Part shown: positions 48,849 to 57,800 of the stretch, in pieces
How the letters are laid out: each line of letters starts with the position of its first letter
Position numbering within the stretch: position 1 is the stretch's first letter
DNA from: an uncultured virus (IMG/VR IMGVR_UViG_3300009163_000001)
Taxonomy: Duplodnaviria; Heunggongvirae; Uroviricota; Caudoviricetes
Strand: one strand, 5' to 3'
Length of the DNA: 64,000 nt
Virus record (IMG/VR): IMGVR_UViG_3300009163_000001
The notes under the pieces: generated by a model
The model's database searches: none
What the model was told of the DNA's origin: nothing
Seen by the model: only the letters and a program-made list of their open reading frames with translations
Made by a program: the position numbers and the translations under genes

Positions 48849-51800
48849 ATGAGCGAGAAGAATATTGATATTAATGAATTAAACGCACCAGCTGATATTA
48901 GACTTGGTGGTTTATATAATCCAGAGCCAACTCCAAGAGAACCAGAACTTAAGTACAACGCTACAGTACCTTACTATATTGGTAGATCAGTTAACAATAT
49001 TTTGCCATCAATAATGTCTGTGTTAACAGAACCACTTACTGGTGACGGCATAAACCCATATACTGAAGATGCTAATAACGCTAGAATGGGGATTGCTCCA
49101 GATACATTGTTATCTTCAATGTCTAATATAGCTAATTGGAGTAAGAATATAAAGACACAACAAGATCTATACCCATCCTTTACAAGCAGTCCTTCTGATG
49201 CTGCTTTTGATGAACAACTTAGAATTGAAAACATGGTTAATGGTGGAACTACTTCTGGAGCCATTGGTAGATCAGTAGATCAAACAGCACAAAAAAGATT
49301 AATTGCTGGTTATTATCTTAATCCATATTTTAAAATTAATGCAAACCAACAATTAATTGAGAATCGAGATGGGTTTGAACAAAGATATGACGAGTATGCT
49401 GCTAGTGTTAAATTAACAAATGATGATAGATTCCTTAAAGAAATGAACGCAACAGATTCTAAGTTAGCAAGCACGAATGTAAAAGATGCTAAGTTACCAG
49501 AACTAAAATTACTTAGTCAGAAAGAGTTATATGAGGGGCTTAAGAATTTTAATGAAACTGGAGCATGGGGTAGGTATGTTGCAAACCTTTCAGCAGAAGA
49601 TGGTTTGTTTTCTCTTGGTTGGGTAGTCAAAGATATTTTAACTGGCTTTGGAATGGCTAATCCACTTAATAAAGTTGAAGGTGGTTTTGAATTAGCAACA
49701 TATCAAAACCCGTGGAATATTATGGAGACTCCAGTTGTCTCACTTGGTAAAGATGTTATAGACTATGTAGCTAAAGAAGATCCAAACTTTAACGGACCAG
49801 AGTGGTTCTCACAACTAGAACTTCCAGTAGAAGTTCGACACCAAATGTTATTAAATGGTATTGATACTTCGTCTTTTATTGGATCTCGTGGTAAAAATGA
49901 AGCTTTATTTACACTACAAAACTTAATGTTTACTACAACTCTTAGAGATAAGTATGAAAACTTTTTAAAGAAGAATGAATTTTGGAATAGTAAAACAGGA
50001 TCACTAATAAAAATTGGTGTGTCTTTGCCCAACATGATTGCATCTGATCAAGATACTGTACTAGCTGTTGGAACATCCTTATTAAGTGCTGGTGTATCAT
50101 TGGTATCTAAAGGAACAGCGATGACTTTAGGTGCAATGAAGCTTACTGGAGCAGCAGCTAATACAATGAAAACCACTGGAGTAGTACTCAGTGGTCTTGG
50201 AACAGCCACAGCTTTATCTACTGGTGGTATCCCTAGATTTTTAAAGTATGCAAATTGGGGTACAAAACTTGGCTATAGTATTGGTACTGGTTCTTTAATT
50301 ATGGTTGCAAGAAACTTTAAAGATCAACAAAACAAAATAGCCTTTACTGTTGCTGGTTTAGAAGAGCAAGGTAAATATTCTTATGACTTATCGGAAGCAG
50401 CAACATCCGCATTTGAAGGTGCTATATTTGGTGGTGTAATGCATGGTGTGCATGAGGGTGCTGGTTATTTAAATAATAAAATTAGAATTGAATTAAACAA
50501 TGGTATTGATTATAACAGTTATACCATTAATGGACCAAACACCAAAATGAGACCAGCGGTTACTGATCTTTATTTCGGAGAGAAATTTAAAGAAGCTCAG
50601 TTATTAGATAGACCTGCTGGTAAATACCCACCACTACTTCCTTTCCTCAAAGCTAAGGTAAGTAAAGAAGAAAGACGACAATATGATCAAGTTGTCCTTG
50701 GTTTAACACCAGAACGACAACTCAATTTAGATAGTTTAACTGATACTTTGATTGCTGAAAGTAATAGTAAAGTACCAGAACCAACACCACTTAAAGAAGT
50801 TATGATTAATGGTGTAAGACATTTGTTTGAGGCAAATGAGGTAACACCAGTATCTAGTACTGAACACGCACAACATCTTCAAGAACCAGCAACCATTAAA
50901 AGTAGATATGGTAATTATTATTTTAGAGATGGTGATACTAATATGTATATAGAAACACCAGAAGGAGTTGTAAAAACAAATAATGACAATGTTGGTTTTG
51001 CAGAATATCAAGCAAACAAACCAATAGAACAAGAGCTTCCAGTAACACCACTAGCAGAAGGTGAGAAGTTAGCTGTAGCCAAGGACTCCTTCAGTGATCG
51101 CTCTACACTAGTAGAAGCCACCGACCTAAGGGAAGTACCAGAATCTGGTATCTTCTCAAGAGTTGAGGGTGAAGCCCCAGTAGCACATGCTGTGAGGTTA
51201 CTTAATGCAGACCAAATTGGTGGTGTATTAGATATTCATCCACTTACAGAAGGTTTTGGAGAAGGTAGACTTGAAGCAACTAAACAATTATCTGCTTACA
51301 AAAAAGCATTACGGATCTTAGAGTTTATTAATGAGAATAGAAATGAATCTCTGTCGGATCAACTTGAGTTATTTGGTGTGGGTCTTGACCCAAAGATAGC
51401 AGAAAAATTACCACAATTAATTAAAGAACTTAATAGTGTTATTAAACAAGTTGAAGAACACACAGCTGATCAAGTAGCTAAAGACTGGTCTCCAGAAGTT
51501 TCTAGTTCTATGACCAAGAATCAAAGAGTAACCTTTCAAGAAGATTTAAGTTATCAAAGAGCTAGGTTAGAATCTGGAGTAGAACCAAAACAAATCTATA
51601 AAGCATTAGATCAAGCTGTTGAGGATGGGACATTTACAAAAAACTATAGAGACGCTATTGTAAAAGTTCTTACAACCCTTGGTGAGTTACCTAAAGAAGA
51701 AGTACCTGAGGTAACTAGCGCAAAACCAACAGTTAAAAATCAAGTTCGTAGAAGACTTGCTAAGATTGAAACTAGTAGTAATGATAGGGTTATTAGACAA

Positions 51801-54800
51801 ACTACTCAACGATTTAAAAGTGTGTTTAATGATAAACAACAAGCTAAAGCAAGGGCTGCATATAAAAAACCATATGGATCTAATAAAGCAAAAAACGGAT
51901 TTATTAAAAACTTTAGTAAGCGATTAGCAAAAAATGGTGTTTCAATTGACACAAGAATTGAAGCTGTTAAATTATTAAGTGCTAGTTTAGCTAACTTAAA
52001 AGTAGGTCCAGCCCAATTACTTATGTGGGTGGATAAAATAAAAACAATAGATGTTAATCCAGATGGATATCGAGGTCAAGCTACAGCAAGTATTGTTCCA
52101 AAAATTGATATTAAACTAGGTAAAAACTATGCTTCTGAGTTAAGCGTAAACCAAGCACCAGAAGTAGTTAAGTTAACTTTACATGAACTTGGTCATATTT
52201 ATTCATATTTATTTTCTAGTGTAGAAGAACAAAAATTAAACGATCTATATACTAAATATGTTGATGTATATACTGTTAAAAAATATATGCTTAATGAGAA
52301 TGCTTTGTTTGGAAACGCATATCATTTAACAAAACAAAATAAATACAACATATCAAACCTAAGTGGAAGTATATTAAGTGATAACTTTTCTTATGATTTT
52401 AAGGGTGTTGATGAATTTTTTGCAAATATGTTTCAGAGTACACTTTATAATGAAACAATAAATGCTTTAAAAACAACACCAAGAAATAAACCTGTAAGTC
52501 TGTGGCTTATAGACTCATTAGTTCATTTTAAAAATACATGGAACTCTATTAAAAATATAGTTAGTGATGATAATTTAAATGGATTAACAAAAGGAATTTT
52601 TGAACTAATTAAAAAAATAGATAAACAAACTTATTTAACTGGTGAAGAAGCTCTAATTAGAGAAAGAGTATCAGCTAAAATTCAATTTCGTCTTGCTCAA
52701 AACTCTTCTTTAGTAAATTTAACAGACCTTCCAAATTTTAATGGTTTATTATCATATAGAAATTATAATGAACAGCTTGGTACTAGATTATTAAATATGT
52801 TATATGATCCACAAAGCGAAAAGTTATTATCTAGTTTAGTAGATATGGAAAATCATACAAGCGAACAAGCCCGAAGTCTTGCACTTGATACTATAAGAGG
52901 AAGAATAGAAAAAGAAATTAATAATCTTGTTGGTGTTGTGGAGGGTGGAGAAGCACATGCAGATCCATTTACTGAAATATTTAGAATGACTAGTGGTTTT
53001 GAGGTAGATACGAACACTGTAATTTGGAAACAACTTGCTTATATGCTTGATTCAGACGGTAGTATTCGTGATGTATTAAAACAACCTACTGAATTTATTA
53101 TATCAGATAATATGGAATCATTTCCTGGTTCTAAAACAGAACCTAAAACAACCATAAATGAATATGATTTAGAATCAAGATTGGTTGTTGCGTCTATATT
53201 TATGCCTCATAGAATATCAGAAATATTACAAACTTGGCAACGATCAGCACATGATACTAATATTATTGGAATGGGATTAGAAACTAATGTATCTAATTTA
53301 AATGTGATGTCAAATACTGCAAAGATTGTAGTTAGATATTTAGACATTAGAAAATCTGTTGATGATTATAAAGCAACAGCTTTTGCTTATGCTGTACCCG
53401 ATTTATTTAAGGATAACAAATCAAACAGAGCATTCTATACAGAGTTTAGTAGTATTGCTGATTTTGTAAATATGTTACACTCAAATGAAAATGCTGAGGT
53501 TAATATAAACACATTGCAAGATAGATTAATTTATTTATCAAAAGAAAAGTATGCAGTTGGAGATCCAATTGCTGGTAGTTATCTCCAACAATTTTTATTT
53601 TTAGATGATATTCTAGAACATTTAAATCAAGAGTTTGGTATTCGATTAAAAGAAAAACAAAACATATTTACACCAGAATTAGATCGTGGGGCTAAAGAAG
53701 TTATTAATGATTTAATAACAAGTCCATTTATACCAAACAATAGAAAATATGAAATTATTAACCTGTCTGTTCGTGGCGGTAAAACTAAACATGGTTTTAA
53801 TTCTTTCTTTGAAGTTGCAGCAGATCTTGATAGAAATGATAATCTTAGATCTATGGTTTATGGTTTTCTTGATAAACTAAATTTAGATGGTGTTACATTT
53901 GACACTCGTTTAAAAGAAGCTTCACTACGCTTATTAGATACTAGTGATATAGATAAAAAGGTTATTGAAACAGAAGATTTATTTACACTAGCTAGATTAA
54001 TTGCTAATGAAATTCTTGGACCAGATAAGGTAGAAATTGTTAAACAAAATATTACTACTAGAAAAAAACTACTCAAGGCAAAACCAGAGTTAGTAGAAAA
54101 AATTAAAACAAAGCAACAAGAAGTAGCTGTTGCTAAAATTAAAGCTGCTTCAGTTAAAGTTAAAACAGAACCAATAAATAATAACGAAGTATCTGAGTTA
54201 CTTGCTGACGCAGCCAGTGAACCACTAACGGCAGATGAAACCGCAGTCACAACAAATAACTGGAAAACAAATCCAAAAACAACTACTACTGATGTAGTGA
54301 GTGGGGAAATTGGATTAACTAAAGCTAAAAACTTTAGTTATTTATCTGATGGTCCTATGTTAACTGTGGTTGATATAAGCTTGTTAGTTAGTACAAAAGG
54401 TAATATTCTTCGTAAAGTATTATTTTCAGCTCTTGGAAAAATGAGAGGAAAGCTTTCAATTGAGGGTAAAGAAGATATGCTAAGTGAGTTAGGATTAGCA
54501 ATTCAATATGAACCAACTACTAAAAAAGCTTATGAAACTATTCTTGCTGATGGAAAAGATGTTAAACCTAGAATTGTAGGTCTATCTAAAAAAGTTTTAT
54601 TTAATGCTATTCAAACTAAAATTAGAAACGAATCTATTTTATCATCAACTGGTGAATCACAAAAGAAAGAAAATAGTATTATTGGTCCTGATGGAGAATC
54701 AATGGACTTTGCTCAAGTTGTTAATAATAAAAGAAGAACAACCGAAAGAACGCTAAATGAAGCAATGATGGCTTTAAACCAAGTAGGATTAACAAAAGAT

Positions 54801-57800
54801 ACAATAGATAAATTTGAAACATTTTCTAGATTACGATTAACTCCTGGCTCTACTGAAAAAAGCGTAGCTGAAATAATGGGTATGACTGAAGACGCTATGA
54901 ATAAACTTGTACATAGAGTTAAAGAAGCTTTTAAAAAAAAACAAATAACTATAGATATTTTAGATGGTAAGATAACTGATATTAACCCACAACAATTAGC
55001 TAGTCGAATGGCTAGAATAGAACTTGAAAATTCTACAACAACAGAATTAGCTAACCCAATTGAGGCTGCAAAAAAAGCAATTAAACCACTTAGAGAAAGA
55101 ATGGCTATTGCAACTAGAAGAGAAGCAACAGCAGAAATATTTAAAGATGCTGTTGTTGATACTAGCACTGAACCAAGTGTTGCTATGCCTATTGTTAATA
55201 AGTCAAAAACAAAAGAAACTATGTATGCTACTACACTAGATGGTACTAGTGAATCTGTACCAAATGGGACTGTATTAGTAGCACACGAAATTGCTACAAC
55301 AATTGCAGAATCAAAACAAGCTGAGATAACAACTCAAGTTGTTGTTGATATAACTAAACCAACTATTGAATTAGTAGCTGGTAATGGACTTGTAGATACA
55401 CTTAAAAATACACCAGCATCTGTATTTGAAGAAGTTGGTCTTGAAAAAGAAGCACTCATTGAAACTTTGGTTGCTGTAAATAATCCAGAAGAAGTATTAA
55501 TGAATATTTTAAAAGAAAATGAAGTACCACCAGCAACAATTACTATTACTAATAAAGCAAAAAAGACAAAGGCTATTATTGTTTTAGAACCAGAGGTTGC
55601 AAAGGTAACTGGTGTTATCGACAATACTGTTGAATCTCCAACTGTTAGAAATGTTGGAACAGAACCAGCTAAAGTAGATCCAAGTATTGTTATTGAATCT
55701 ACTGTTAAGAACCCTGAGAAAGAAGTTATTATTTTTGATAAGTCTACTGGTGAGTCTCCTGATTTAAAACCAATGATTGTTACTGGCACTAGTGATAGAG
55801 TTGAACTATCTCCTATTGATAAGTTTGATAGTGAAGTAATGGCTGGTAAGGAAATGCTTAGACTTAATGGACAAGATCCAAAGTTTATAAAGTATTTCCT
55901 ATTGAAGTTTAACAAACTATCTTCTGCTCTAGTTAAGAATATTGGAGTTAAGATTGATGCTATACCAAAAGAATTTGAAAACTTATTGGCTGAGATACAA
56001 TCTTATTATCTTGCTATTAGTGAGCATAATAGAAGTAACTTTCCAGATTATGTATTTAATAGTCTTAATGATAAATTTTGGAAAGAGTTTGATAAACAAG
56101 TTGTTGCTGATCTTGCCGCTAGAGCTACACCACTTTCTGAAATGAAACCAAAAAAACTTGGTGAAATTATTAAAGCAGCATCTGACAAAGTAAATGAGTT
56201 TATAGCTTATCATAATAAAGTAGAAATAGGCAGTGTAAAACCTGAGCGTGTTTCTCTTTGGGCTGAATTCTTACCACCTATTTCTCCAGATGACTTTATC
56301 TTAAGTACACTACAAACCGCAAAGGATGTAAATGAAAGTACCTTTATAACTGAAGTAAGACTAAGACCAAAGAGTGAAGGTGAGCGGTTATTTAAAGCAG
56401 CAAAGCAAAAAAGAATAACAGCAAAAACTATTGTTGAAGATTTCAAACTAACTCCGTTAACAGAACCAATTGAATCTGCTAAGCCAACTGAGGTTCCTAA
56501 GCCAACCGAAGCTGCTAAGCCAACCGAAGCTGCTAAGCCAACCGAAGCTGCTAAGCCAACCGAAGCTGCTAAGCCAGTAAAAGAAATAGATACAGTTGAT
56601 ACTATTACTGAATCTCTTGCTGATGATTTAAAGAAAAGAATGGAAGATAAAAAGAATAGTAAAGATCGTAATGGCTTCCTACGAAATTGGTGGATAAAGT
56701 ATTCAGATATGCATACAATGCATCACACATCTCTTAATTGGTGGTCTAGATTTTGGAGAGGATCAGCTAAAGAAATTACTGCTGATGCTAATATGATCTC
56801 TAGGTTTATGAGATTATCAAGTGGGCTTATTGCAAACAGGTCTGCCGAAGGAAAAACTATTCGTAGTTTAAATAATGTAATGCGGCTTATATCTTCATTC
56901 GCAGAAAATGGAAAGTTAATGTCTCATCAATTTGTCAAAGTTGGAATAGAAGCGTTTAAAACATTTGAAGCTTGTGCTTCTCAAAACTTTAGAGAAATCA
57001 TTCCATTGTACGACGCTCAAACAAAGTTTAATAACGCTGTTGGTCATATGCAAATGGCTAGAGATCTACAGTGGAACATGATTAAAGCTAAGGCAAAGAC
57101 AAAGGGTGTCTTAGTTGATAGCGAACTAGAGAAAATTATATTAACTCATAAACCTAAGGCAACAAAAGAATTTATTAAGACAGTTATTCAAAGAGCAAAG
57201 GAACTACAGCAAGTAGATATTAATGATAATAAATTATTGATTGATCTAGAAGTTAAAACTAAATGGGGTAGAATGGTTGACCGTAATGGAAAACAAATGG
57301 ACCCAAATGAATACCATAGTATGACGGTTGATTCTAATTTAGTTGGAACTCAAAATAGAACTACTATATTAGAAGCTATGGCAGATGTCCGTAGTCAAAC
57401 ATTGTTATCGGAAGATACACTAGATGGTAATATTATGTTTGGTATGGGTTGGTTAACTGAAGGTACTAAGAAGAATAGAACCATTTGGTCAAGAGATAAT
57501 AGATCAGGTGTCCAAATAAGTGACATGGCTGATTCTCCTTTTGATAGAACAACTTTAAAAATGTTGGAAGCAAAAGCAAAACTAGATGGAGAAAATCGGT
57601 ACGCCCCAGGAACAGACTTGGAAAAGATTTGGCAACTGAACGACAAGAACAATCATAAATATTTTTCATACATTGATCCAGCTACTTTAGAAGTTGTGAT
57701 TTGTTCTATGCCAGAAGTAAAAGCTGAGTTAAGTGCTGGAGATTTACTGAAGTATAACGAAACGGTTACTGGTAGCTTAGATCATTTATCTCCATTTTGG

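Noticed and set aside
53380..53960. ADP-ribosyltransferase-like remnant in the giant protein (..LNLDGVTFD..)
   Set aside because: Only a faint resemblance; catalytic motifs cannot be assigned by eye.
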